64,000 bases of DNA, taken from NCBI GenBank assembly GCA_051362555.1, contig CM120643.1, forward strand, positions 14,668,644 to 14,732,643. The letters run 5' to 3'. Positions 41,301 to 51,788 of the stretch are shown here, one piece after another; the first letter of the stretch is position 1; the number at the start of each line of letters is the position of its first letter. Made by a program: the position numbers and the translations under genes. This DNA is from Lingula anatina. Taxonomy: Eukaryota; Animalia; Brachiopoda. The notes below the pieces were generated by a model. That model saw only the letters and a program-made list of their open reading frames with translations, was not told the origin of the DNA and did no database searches.

Positions 41301-42713
41301 AAATGTTTAAATCCTTTAGCCAAATGAAACAATGATTAATTTGACAATAAATGCCTTTGAAAAAATAAGTTTACCTTTCGTTTAAAATTCAAGTCACCAA
41401 GGTGAATCCTGATCTTATCTATACAAGGCAGTAAATCATTTAGCAAAAACAAAAATTATGGAAAAATAATCAGACAAAAAAAAAAAAAAAAAAAACTTTC
41501 ATTATAGGAAGTGAGCCACCATGAAGTGTCTGAAAGTACAGGTGGCTATTTTACTGACTGAAAATTGACATGAACAGAATGCAAAAATGTTCCTGTTTAT
41601 AATATGTGACCAGGTCTCTGCTCAAAATTTGTCTCAGTTTTAAAAACTTTCCTACCTTACATGCTACGTCATTTGGATAGCCACCAGAACCACTGGACAG
41701 CTTATTTTCAAAGACAGCTAGACAGCTTTTGAATTTTCATTTATTTATTTATTTATTTATATTATTATTATTATTTTATTTATTTATTTATTTTTTTTTT
41801 TTTTTTTGACCACTTTGACTCCCTGAAATTTTGTAGGAAATTACAGGTTGTAATTATGGACAGCCTGCCCGCACGAAAATGCAGTAGTATCGAAGTAGCA
41901 AAGAAGCATTAACGCAGTAGTGGTGTGGAGCATATTTGCAGTAGAAATGCAGTATAGCCTACTGCAATTCTACTTCAAAAATTACATAGGTTTGTACAGA
42001 GGAGGAGCATTAATGCAGTAGATTAGCAGCATGATAGAAGCATGTTTCAAGTATGCTAATTAGCTCCCACATCGAAGCAGCTTTGAGGCATGTTTGCAGT
42101 ATGATTGCAGTAGTCTACTGCGCTGGAGTATCTACTTCGTTTTCATGCGGGTGTACACCCAATCCTGGGAAAAGCCCTGCTTTACAATATAAATACTGTT
42201 GAAGATTACAAAAAACACTTACTACAATATGCCTAATTTCTTTTTTCAAGAGTTAAAATTGGTACTTAAGTTTGAATGCCCAGCTTTTTCTTAGATAAAA
42301 AAAAAGAATTGATTTTCACATTCCCTTCAGTCTTGCCTCTTGGTACCAGTCCAGAATTTTCAATTCTAGGTATGGCAGATCATATACTTTGTATTCTTAT
42401 GCCCCAGTATGAAGAAGAACTGTTTTAATAAGCTGTTGCTTTTGATGTTATCATGTACTGGTAGTAGATGGCAGCAGTTAGGGAGGGTGATTTACATGTA
42501 TAATCGGTTGATGTTCATTTCATATGACTAATTCAAAGAGTAAAACACAATTTGACAACATTATGATTAGCGGCAATCATGACCACTATTAATGGAAAGC
42601 TGTGTAATAACCCCTTAACACTTAGATAATAAATACCAGTAAGGTACATTTTTGTAAAATGTGAAAGAATGTCACTTACGAAGCTTCCATGATCTTTTGG
42701 TGGCTGCCGCCAT
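16906..42713 (-). CDS. KATNB1: Katanin p80 WD40 repeat-containing subunit B1, 20 coding exons, 702 aa
   Basis: Exons (minus strand, all GT..AG, phases consistent, total 2109 nt): 42680-42713, 37285-37415, 35869-35986, 33571-33671, 33210-33251, 32828-32911, 32377-32492, 32152-32223, 31584-31734, 31250-31303, 30862-30962, 30403-30459, 29529-29656, 28425-28475, 27320-27615, 26815-26985, 26326-26402, 25203-25277, 24785-24901, 16906-17038. Translation: [51 protein letters not shown]40 repeats (e.g. [33 protein letters not shown]), a Pro/Gln linker, and a con80 C-terminal domain (..[40 protein letters not shown]). Recognised by similarity to vertebrate KATNB1. Confidence 0.96.
17056..19415 (-). mobile_element. 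Non-autonomous Helentron (HINE/DINE-1-like) element, copy 1, with internal 146-bp tandem array
   Basis: On the minus strand it begins TTATTGTACCACCAGCG..CGCTGGCGGTACA (subterminal IR plus hairpin), followed by a 9-bp microsatellite (19310-19350) and ~8 monomers of 146 bp (17275-18400). It ends with the partner subTIR (ATTGTACCACCAGC at ~17090 on +), the hairpin GAGGCGATACCGCCTC and terminal CTAGT in a T-rich site. No clear TSD and no RepHel ORF. Confidence 0.85.
17275..18400. repeat. 146-bp tandem repeat array (~8 monomers)
   Basis: GGTCAAAGGTCA starts at 17275, 17419, 17565, 17711, 17857, 18003, 18149, 18295; period is 146 apart from the first interval (144). Confidence 0.95.
20091..23580 (-). 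mobile_element. Same HINE family, copy 2, with higher-order internal duplication
   Basis: Same termini as copy 1 (ACTAGAGGATCAGAGAGGCGATACC... and ...GCTGGTGGTACAATAA). Twelve monomer starts fall in three blocks, separated by repeats of a ~285-bp core segment (equivalent positions 21042, 21925, 22662). Confidence 0.85.
23700..24510 (+). mobile_element. Degenerate, internally deleted Gypsy-like LTR retrotransposon relic
   Basis: ~65-bp direct repeats (AACAGTTGTG..TTTGTATGGCATTTTGTTACATGA..CTCAGTG) at ~23750 and ~24447. A purine tract GGGGAG followed by TGTTATG at 24416-24430 resembles a PPT and LTR start. A broken gag-like coiled-coil frame lies at ~23990-24145 ([28 protein letters not shown]). 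Confidence 0.45.
25322..25582. mobile_element. Fold-back MITE, family copy 2 (diverged)
   Basis: Aligns by eye to 4120-4382 (GTTCCCATACCCAGATCGATCTA..CAGTAGGTGTGACAGACAT..TAAGCCACTTAA..GCAATTTAG). Confidence 0.7.
28598..28774. mobile_element. hAT-like MITE
   Basis: TIRs CAGGGCTTGACA / TGTCAAGCCCTG, internal CACTGGCCC repeats; TSD imperfect. Confidence 0.6.
29875..30213. mobile_element. CACTA-ended MITE in KATNB1 intron 12
   Basis: CACTAGTG..CACTAGTG termini, long imperfect TIRs (TTGGTCTTAAAGTGCAATTTAAG / CTTAAATTGCACTTTAAGACCAA), a 3-bp TAG direct repeat on both flanks, and three internal ~22-bp repeats at ~30000-30065. Confidence 0.75.
33695..33890. repeat. Degenerate (TGTTA/TGTAA)n low-complexity repeat
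   Basis: Repeated ttgta/tgtta/tgtaa pentamers next to the KATNB1 exon-4 acceptor. Confidence 0.7.
36272..36420. mobile_element. MITE
   Basis: TIRs GGGCCCTGTAACTCGAAAGCATCG / CGATGCTTTCGAGTTACGGGGCCC. Confidence 0.7.
38227..38300. repeat. Compound (GT)n(GA)n microsatellite
   Basis: Direct reading. Confidence 0.95.
41868..42151. mobile_element. Non-autonomous TIR element with 2-bp TSD (EnSpm/CMC-like)
   Basis: CCCGCACGAAAA / TTTTCATGCGGG termini, TG on both flanks, and internal GCAGTAG/GAAGCA short repeats in both orientations. Confidence 0.65.
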
Positions 42714-43154
42714 TTTCGTAAACTTATATCATTCAACCAGGTAATGACATCAATTTTCCTGTTAAAGCAGGGACACAAATTGCATATCTTCTCCAGTGAA
42801 ATACGTCTACAACCAATGTCTAGCCCTGTATTGCTGCTCTTAGAGTGAAGTTAGAATTAAATTTCAAATAAATGTCAACTTTCTTAGGGCAAAGTTTGAA
42901 TGTTTTCACCGCATTGAAATTCTATAACTCCGGACTAAATGAAAACCTATGTACCATTGGTTAAAATATTTTGTTTTCGTGTAAAGCACTGTTTTACCAA
43001 ATGAGATTAATTGAAGCGCTCTAATACTAGTCACAACTGTTATTTAGCTAAATATTAATAATTACTTTATTGGTTTGGGATATCATATCTCCACCCCGGT
43101 GAATTGGATCGTTACTTCCGGTGACCGGTATAAACAGATCTCTGACCCAAAACC
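42714..43154. promoter_or_regulatory. Putative bidirectional promoter KATNB1/C8orf82
   Basis: Divergent ATGs are 441 bp apart. ETS-type ACTTCCGGT at 43114-43122; YY1-type AAAATGGCGGC overlaps the KATNB1 start codon. Confidence 0.65.
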
Positions 43155-43470
43155 ATGTTCAGAAAAGTAAGCACCCTAAGACAAACTGTGGGTTGCGCTT
43201 TAAGAATTAATGCCATCAGAAATGTGCACTACGAGCAAGGACAGTCTCCAGAGCCCAAAATTAGAGAATATTTCTACTACATAGACCACCAGGGACAGGT
43301 TTGTAGCAAACTATATCGCGTTAACTGTTGTATAATCACAGTCACACTTTGCGTAAATGCCGTAATTACTCTCTGCTGTAAGTTGCATCGGTGGCGTGGG
43401 GGCGTGGGGACCGGGCGCTTGACCCCCCCCCCCTTCCTGGCAATCACCCCCCCCCCTCCCTCTCACTCAG

Positions 43471-43567
<97 letters not shown>

Positions 43568-45544
43568 CTACTTGTACGTCATTCACAAGTTCAGGAAGGA
43601 GGGGCTCAGGGGGGTAAGCAGAATATTTCCTCCCTGCTCCCTCTCTCCCCCCTTCCCCTGCCAAATTTTACAAATATTTATGGGGTCCTTTAAAAGGTAG
43701 ATATGGAATGAAATGGACCAAGAAAGACCCCTTGCTACTCATAACAAACCTCATTGAAATTACATTTGGGTTCTACTGTACAAAGTAAAAGTAAACCTAC
43801 TATTATCAGGCCTTCCCAACTACCAGACTCGGCACCTACGGGTCCAGAATAAACCGGTATATCTGACCACACTACCCGTTTTCAAGGTGTGTGTCAGTTC
43901 GCATAAAAGAGTATCATACCCTATCACAAATTCTGTAAGCCTACCTGTCATCCGGGTATCGCGCCTCGTTTTTGTCAAGTAGAAGTCGTATAAATACAAC
44001 AGACGACTCCCTCAATCAAGGGGTGGAAACGCGCTACTTATATGATTAAGACGAGCCTAGCCGTCAGTACCGGTTATTGTTTTGTGACCTTGAGGAGCAA
44101 TTAGGTTTGGTCGTTGCGGCACGCATGAACAGTAGTTGAACTACCACACCTGGGTCTTTTGTTTTTGACAACTGTTCACTCGTCATCGAGGCGCTTGTTC
44201 AAGACTACAGGCTGATATCTACTAGTACTACCAGTGGCTTCATTAGTAACGTTCCCACAATACTTAAGTTTTCTGTCCGTGCGTACAAACCCTGAAAAAG
44301 GACAGCCTCGCTGACGAGAACAATGGACGTTTCTCACCCCTCTCTAGGATTACCCCTGCCCTCAATCTCGTCCATCCCGGTAGTCATGAAAATATTTAAC
44401 CCCCGACAGAATATGCTTCCGCTATCAAAATTAGGTCTACTTTTCTAAATTAATATAGAAGTTTGCAAGTTCTTATTTACAAAACATCATTGGCTATGTC
44501 CGAACCTAAATTTTATGTTAAAAATTGCAGATGTAGTTTGATGTGTTTCTTAGCTGTATCAGCCAGTCAAGATGATAGCCACTGATGATTAATTGACATC
44601 CACTATCTTCTACCATTATTTTCAGGGTGTTTCATTTATAATTCCTTGTGGATTTGTACCAAACATTGTAGTTATGATAGTTTCTTTTTATGTTTTGCAT
44701 TTACTACAAAGCATAATATTATAATATCATTTATGTTCCTTTTCAGCTTTTTCTAGATGATGCAAAGATGAAAAACTTCACCTCCTGTTTTAAAGGTACG
44801 TAGTTTTGACTCAACCAATGTTTTTTTTTTTTACATTGCTTCCAATATGAGAGTATTATAATCAAATTGTCATGATTATCAAGAAGGTCCAAATTTAGCA
44901 AGAATCAGAGAACTTATTCAGTGATTTTATTGTCTAATTTTGAAGGTGGATTTTTGAAACAAAACATTCACTTTGGTGTTCAATTTTATTATATTTCAAT
45001 TTTGTATTTATTATTTATTTTTATTATTTAATATTATATTTCAATTTTATTTCTGTATTTTATAGAAAAAGACTTCCTACAGTTCTTCTTCAAAAGGGTC
45101 AGGTTCAACAATACAGGGCGGTATGTAGAAGATTTCCCCTATGTCTCACCCTGTGGTAGAGAGAGGAATTACATTCGCTGTGATGACCTCCCTATTGTAT
45201 TCACACAGATCTTGGAAACTGCTGATGGAGAACCAGATCTTCTATCATGCAATCACACAGGAGACAAACTCACATTGACCTTTGACCCAGAAAAAGTCTG
45301 TATGTTACCAGAGACAGGACGGATATATCATCCAGCTAGTGATCGAGTTGGCGGAGTTGGTTTGATAAAATCAGCCCTTGCAATAGAACTGAGTAAATAT
45401 TTTGAGTTTAGTCCTGATAAAGAGTTTGAACCACCTGTATATTTTACATGGAAAGGTCACAGATACTCTCTGACTAATGAACTGATCTCTTCCTTGAAGA
45501 AAATGGACAAATTCAAGTCACCAGCTTATGTGCCAGAAATATAA
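43155..45544 (+). CDS. C8orf82: UPF0598 protein, C8orf82 homolog, 3 exons, 223 aa; basic N-terminus resembles a mitochondrial presequence
   Basis: Exons 43155-43298, 44747-44795, 45066-45544 join in frame (672 nt). Motifs YEQGQSPEPKIREYFYYIDHQGQ|LFLDDAKMKNFTSCFK|EKDFLQFFFKRVRFNNTGRYVEDFPYVSPCGRERNYIRCDDLPIVFT..GRIYHPA..GLIKSALAIELS match the family as I recall it. Confidence 0.92.
43473..43561. repeat. Compound (CA)n(TA)n microsatellite
   Basis: Direct reading; lies in C8orf82 intron 1. Confidence 0.95.
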
Positions 45545-45822
45545 CTGACAAATTCTGAATTTGTGAATGAATTAATTATTTACTGTAGAAAAACATTACG
45601 GGTCTGTTAGATGCTGAAAAGCATGAAATTGGTCCACCATCAGGAACTGTTTTATGTTTGTGCTCTAAATCATTAACAGGGGAAGATGGAAAATACATTT
45701 TTACTGAGATTTGGCTTTCCTTTTGAGAAATATGTCAATTGTCAGAGAATCTTATATTTAAATGAAATGTATAAATGTGTTGAGTAATTAAAAAAAAACA
45801 ACAGACAACTCTCTGATTTAAG

Positions 45823-45862
<40 letters not shown>

Positions 45863-46889
45863 TTAAAGTGATTTTATTTATTATTAATTTTTTCATTTCA
45901 TTAAAGGCAAAGGTTTTATTAATTGAAGTTCTTGTTGTTATGTGATTAATTGAAATGTTATGCAAAAACATTAACCCATCACAAATGCATGTTTTATCAA
46001 ACCTTTGTACAAAACACATTTGATAATTAAGAGTTTACAGTAGAATTGACTTCTTATATCTGTCTTGTGAATGGTGACAGTTGTGTGTAAAATTGCACAC
46101 TCAAAGTTACTTTTTTGCTATCAAAGTAACGTCTATAAATATGAATGAAATATGGGATCGTTTCCAAAATGCATAATCTGCCATTCTGTATAAGAACCCG
46201 TCATCCTTGGTGTAATTCTGGACGTCAGCCTCACCCTCGTGACTCAAATGTGTAGATTGCATTTGGTGAGATTGGGTACCATTGTGTTAGTTGAGATTGG
46301 ATAGCAGTGCGTTAGATGAGATTGGATACCCTTGCTGTCAGAGGGTGACCAACAATACGAATTGATCCCAACTAAAGAAACATTGAATACCATGTTCAAG
46401 AACTTGTCAGTCAGTCAGTCAAGTCAGTCCAGAGGAGGGGGGGTTCAAAAATGTCTTCTTGAAAAATGGGCACAAAATTGACACTTGAACTCGTTTAGCG
46501 GTGACATTTTGTCTAGTGGAAGTTAATGTTAAATTAAGGCAAAGTATCGAAAACACGACTTCATTTGCTCTAGAGTATTTTGCACCAATGAACCGTCAGG
46601 TTAAACCTTGAAATCCAATTAAGACGTGTGACAAAATTGTGTATCGGAAATTGTAAGATAAAGAATAAAATCCAATTTGAGGAACATATACTTTCACAGC
46701 CCTCACGTCACGCGGGGACGGACGTTCAATTTCCTTATTCAATTTTAAATGGTTGGTATAATATTCAGAACAAAATATAATGCGAACTATACATTTGTTC
46801 GCCCTTGGCTATCATATCGAACGTTGCTTTGACAAGGTATTTTATTTGTTGTTTCACCTTCACGTTTATTCTTGCGACGGGCGTCGTTG

Positions 46890-47164
46890 TATAAAGGCGA
46901 ACCCAGTTCAGGTTTCTTTGCGCTATTGATTGTGTTTTGAGGGTAGTTTTTAATCATCCAGAGAAAACCAGCGACTGAACCTTCTTGTTTGGAAAAGAAA
47001 CCAACCTGATAGAGTGTAGTTTTTAAAAAGCATTTGCTATAGATCTCAGCATATACTACTAGTATACGTGCGCACCTGTACTGGTTTGTGTGTAACAGAA
47101 ACTGTGGGACGTAAAGAACAGCTTAGAAGGACGCTTAGAAGGACGCGAAGAGAGCGAGCTTGAT
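46890..47164 (+). promoter_or_regulatory. Candidate TATA promoter and non-coding first exon of the Kv gene
   Basis: TATAAAG at 46890 in CpG-rich context; a GTGAGT donor at 47165 could splice to the acceptor at 49505, upstream of the Kv ATG. Confidence 0.35.
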
Positions 47165-47665
47165 GTGAGTCTTCTTCACCCAAGGATTTTACAGTTTCTT
47201 TCATAAAAGTACGTAGAAATAGTCAAGACAAGCGATAATCAAATATAATATAAGATCTATCAGATGAAGTAGAACCATATTTAAAACGTGAATCTTTAAA
47301 TTGACGAGAGCAACAGATGGTAAAATGGAAGGTCGATTGAATTATGTATTGGTACATGTATACTACAAAATATGATTCCGCCGACCTATGTATTTGCCTT
47401 TTATCCTTAAATTTTCTATTTGTAAATTTTTGTATTTATGATTATCTTTGAAAGGAGGGTGGTTATAAGCAAATTCGCTTTTAGTTCCTCTATCCTTCGA
47501 GATCTGTCTATGATAGAGTCATGTCTTTGGACCTTAGATCTGTCAATATTGTTCATCCTACTTTATGTGGTGACATTTTACACATACGATTACTTAACTG
47601 GGACATGGAAGCACAGCCCATATGTGAATGTGTGCATGTTATTGTCGTTGGTCTGTGTTGACTTG

Positions 47666-47915
47666 GGCTTCATTCACATGCAATGTCTATTTTCTAAATT
47701 CTATTTTCTATTTGCGGTATGTCTTATGATCACGGTCTGTGCCCTGAATATCCCGCGGCGTAATTACTGGCAGCGCGAGCCAGTTACTATAAGTTACTAT
47801 AAGTAACTGGCTCGCGCTGCCAGTAATTACGCGGCGGGATATTCAGGGCACAGACCGTGATCATAAGATAGCGCAAATAGAAATTAGAAAATAGACATTG
47901 CATGTGAACGAAGCC
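47666..47915. mobile_element. Fold-back MITE, near-perfect ~250-bp palindrome
   Basis: GGCTTCATTCACATGCAATGTCTATTTTCTAA...TTAGAAAATAGACATTGCATGTGAACGAAGCC; arms pair up to a ~14-nt centre; TTG is duplicated on the flanks. Confidence 0.8.
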
Positions 47916-48134
47916 TTGGGCTTACCAGCTATTCTCAGTTATGGGAATAATCTAATCTAAATGACCACATTTTGACAAAGTGCCAACACATATCCTTTTA
48001 TTTTGATATGACCAAAAGAATCAAAACCAAGAATTGGAACTGCTTTATTGTTTTCACTTTTAGTGGTGCTGAACAAGAATAGCTGAATAATATATTGTCA
48101 GCGTTTTCAGAAGACAAAATGTATTATTGTAAAA

Positions 48135-48375
48135 ACTAGAAAGCATTCCGAGAGTGCAGACCTCCGCCAAGGCAGCGATTTTTTATTAATATTGATTATT
48201 GATTGATTGTTGATCCGGATCACCACCAAATACTAATGATCTCTTCCTTGGCCCACTTCTGACAGTTCCTGAAAATTTCATCAAAATCGGTCCATAACTT
48301 TCTGAGTTATGTTGATGGCAAACAAACAAACAAACAGACAAACGGGTGAAAACATAACCTCCTTGGCGGAGGTAA
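48135..48375 (-). mobile_element. Short HINE/Helentron-derived element, different family
   Basis: ACTAG terminus, subTIR ACCTCCGCCAAGG at ~48160, (CAAA)n microsatellite, and terminal hairpin/subTIR ACCTCCTTGGCGGAGGTAA; flanked by A-runs. Same architecture as the large copies. Confidence 0.75.
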
Positions 48376-49532
48376 AAATGTTACATGTCATGAAACCATT
48401 TCATACTGTGATGCACGTCTTTATAAAATTTCCCAGTTCAACCTAAAAGCATTCCATTGTGGCAATAAAGCACCAGCTCTAAATGGGAAGTTTCATTATT
48501 TATGAAACAAAGCCACAATTCAATATTACTTAGCACGATGGGAAATAAACAGAATAAACGATGTGACATCACGTCATGTAAGACAACAGCTCATTATCAA
48601 TAAGTGATTTTTGTTGCTATCTATTAAAAACATTTTCAATAGCTAATATCTCTGTGTACACGCTTAAATGATACACCACAACCCCGAAAAACAGGCACAC
48701 GAATAAATGAACACTATTTTATAGCTGCTTAGACAAAATGGACGGAAATAAAGATTGCTGAATGCCTCATGTTGCAAATGTATCGCTTGTGAAGTGGGAG
48801 CGATGCTAGTTCCAGAACACAACGGTCTTGCTGACATCCTTGGTCACCTTGAACGCTGTTTAAGCATGATTTTCACTGGAAGATGTTTAGTTTCTAACCC
48901 TCCCCTCTTACTGTTGAAACAATCATTCGAATAATGAAGAGAAAAAACACATTTTAAATCAAAAGTTTGCTTCCCATCACAGAAAATTAGGTTGGGGTAA
49001 AATTTCAAAATTCTGTGTCTCTTTTTACATGTAGGGTCTAGTTCATATGTCCTATTAGCAGCCTTGGTATATAGAAATGACTCATGTGTGGTACGCAATT
49101 CAGTAACAATTCAGTATCTTTTTTGTAGAGTCGCCTGCGTTAAATCGGTAATCGATTTCCCTATAGAGAAAGGAAATAATTACTAGTCCAATACTGTTGA
49201 CTTCAAAACATCCTATGCCATTGACAATTTGTATGTCTTTTGCTTTTTGGAGTGGACATTGTTAGACTAGTGGTCGATTTCATAAAGTGATGGGATTGGT
49301 AATTGATTGCAACATCTACGTTCATATTCAGTGTCACTAAAGCGACCTGGAACATATAGTACGTCACTGTTTTGTAAATCTGCCTACGGCAACTATCAGT
49401 TGTATACTCCAGCCTGACAAGCTTTTGCCTGTCAAACGTTTCGACAAGAACAGTTTGTCATTTCAGCCTACTTATAACTGCGTATATATTTTTCTGTATT
49501 TGCAGTTTTCGAACTTGTGACAATTGTAAACC

Positions 49533-51427
49533 ATGGAAACCACTTCATCTCATCATGGCAAAGAGGGGATTGCTTCTAGCCACGACATGCTTGTAGCAAA
49601 GATGCCGACTGCGTCGCCGAGTAAATCTTTCAGCCGGGCAGACGATAACAAAATTATCATTGATGTAGGTGGGGTAGTGTTCTCTTTGTCGCGAACAGCC
49701 ATCTTGGATTCCCGTCACTCGGACTCATCCTTGTCAAGGGCGGTGTTAAACGGAACTCATTTCAATCCAACCACCAGACAGTATAGCTTTGATCGTAACC
49801 CCGAGGTTTTTGGCTATGTCGCTGACTATATCCGCACTGGTGAACTGCACGCGCCACATGGGATGTGCGGAGAGATGGTGTGGAGGGAACTGGAATACTG
49901 GGGTATTCCCAGGGAGGCCATGTCGCCGTGCTGCAGCCATAAACTGGGGAAATATTCCCGTAAACTAGAAGAAAAGGAAGCTATTGAAAAAGAGTTTAGT
50001 CGACGATGCGTCGATGACGTATGGCCGGTTGATGGAGAGGAAACTCGAGGATGTTGCTGCTCCAACAGAACGAAAAGAAAGCTGTGGATATTCTTGAATG
50101 AGCCAAGATCTAGCAAAGGGGCTTTGGTACGGTTGCTCTCTACTTAACTCCTCCATATACATTATTTTTCCCATTTTCACTCTTCATGGCAATGGGGTAT
50201 AACTGTATTGAAATATTTGTGGAAATAGACGTTGCTTAGATTAAGTCTACATGTATGTTTTAACCCTGATTTTCCTTATAAGCACTGCATTATTGGTATT
50301 GGTGTTGAAAAAACACTAGTTTCTAAATTTTGTCTGAATTGGTGGCACATCAGTACACTACCAATATGTGATAATCTAATCAAGATTAAGTCAAAAAATT
50401 TCCGTTGCAGTAATTGAATTAAGTATTGTATCAAATGGAGCTTTTTGATGACTTGATATGGTTTAATGAAATTGGTTATGGTGAGTTATCTTTCTCGTTT
50501 CAGGTATTTTCTCTAGTGTTATTTTTACTCATCATTTTGAGCATCGTCGTCATGATGATCAACACCTCACTGTCGTTTCGTCAACCGTACACTACAAATG
50601 AGACCGTCATGGCGAAGTTGCAGAACTCCATCTCCGCAATGAATATCACCAATGAGAAGATAAGCATGAGGATCACCACTACGGGACCAACCATCACAGC
50701 TGTTTTGGGATATATTTGTGTTGTTTTTTTCACAGTAGAGTTTATTTTACGTCTGATCGCCGAAAGAAACAGATGCGCTTTCTTGCGCTCGACCTATGCT
50801 ATTTTGGACTTACTCGCACTTATACCTAGCTTCGTCGACACCATAATAAAGGGCATTTTTTTCGGTAGAGCATTGTATGAAAATTATACGTTAATAACAC
50901 TATTTTGGGTAAGTGAATTATTTTTGGTGTTGCGCATTTTGAGACTATTTAGATTAGCCGAGTATTACGACGGCTTGAGGGTTTTATTGCTCTCTCTGAA
51001 AGCCAGTTGGAGGGAACTCGTCCTTTTGGAGGCATTTTTACTGATAGGGATGTCCATATTTGGCTCCTTAGTATATTACGCTGAAATAACGGAAGGAGAT
51101 GGAGATTTTAGTGAAATTCTGATTGGCTGCTGGTGGGCCGTTATCACCATGACAACCGTTGGCTATGGGGACACTCATCCAAAATTCCCAGGAGGTTACG
51201 TTGTTGGTTATGTGGCAGCGACTTTTGGTGTCATTTTGATGGGCCTACCTATCGCTATCATTGCTAATAATTTCAGCAAATATTACCAGTTCTTGGCTGA
51301 AAAAGCAGAAAAGAAGAAAACTGACAAAGCCCAGGCAATACACAACGGCAAAATTCAAGTGAAGGAGTTTCAAACAAAGAAGGATGGTTCGTTTAAACAT
51401 TCACAAGTGAATCCACAGGATTTTTGA
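49533..51427 (+). CDS. Voltage-gated potassium channel alpha subunit, divergent Shaw(Kv3)-like/non-Shaker type, 2 coding exons, 505 aa
   Basis: Exons 49533-50126 (TTG|gtacgg) and 50504-51427 (tttcag|GTA), phase 0. T1/BTB domain (FDRNPEVFGYVADYIRTGELH) with the HX5CX20CC Zn motif of Shab/Shaw/Shal channels. Six hydrophobic segments, S4 LRILRLFRL, pore WWAVITMTTVGYGD, S6 LMGLPIAII. An acceptor at 49504-49505 implies an upstream non-coding exon. Confidence 0.9.
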
Positions 51428-51549
51428 TTTCCCTTGTCTAAAGAGAAAACACGTATATAGGAGGATTTATACCACAACGGAGGATGCCTCATGACACCAC
51501 AGCTAGGGGTTGCTGGCCGGGGGTGGGGTGGGGGGGGGGGGCGTTAGGC

Positions 51550-51788
51550 CTGGCCCCGGTTTCACAAAAACAAACATGAGTCAGGTCCCTGGTTAAGAAC
51601 TTAATATACCAACGTTACGTGCATGGTCACATGCGCACATCTTACCCTATCAGCAACAGTGAACAGTGTTACTGCACTCTTCATGGAAATCCTAGTCAAC
51701 TACCAAGGGAACTGACTTAAGTTTTTTTTAAATTTTTATTTATTTATTTATTTATTATTTTTTTTTTTTTTTGTGAAACTGGGGCCAG
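51550..51788. mobile_element. MITE just downstream of the Kv stop codon
   Basis: TIRs CTGGCCCCGGTTTCACAAAA / TTTTGTGAAACTGGGGCCAG. Confidence 0.65.

Noticed and set aside
43299-43700. C-terminal part of the 181-aa ORF with HT/YI repeats
   Set aside because: Read-through into intron 1 microsatellites; the real exon ends at 43298.
47438-47806. 122-aa hydrophobic ORF
   Set aside because: Runs into the palindromic MITE; the hydrophobicity comes from T-rich non-coding DNA.
50426-50503. N-terminus of the 333-aa ORF as a separate gene
   Set aside because: Intronic; Kv exon 2 starts at the acceptor before 50504 and joins the T1 exon.
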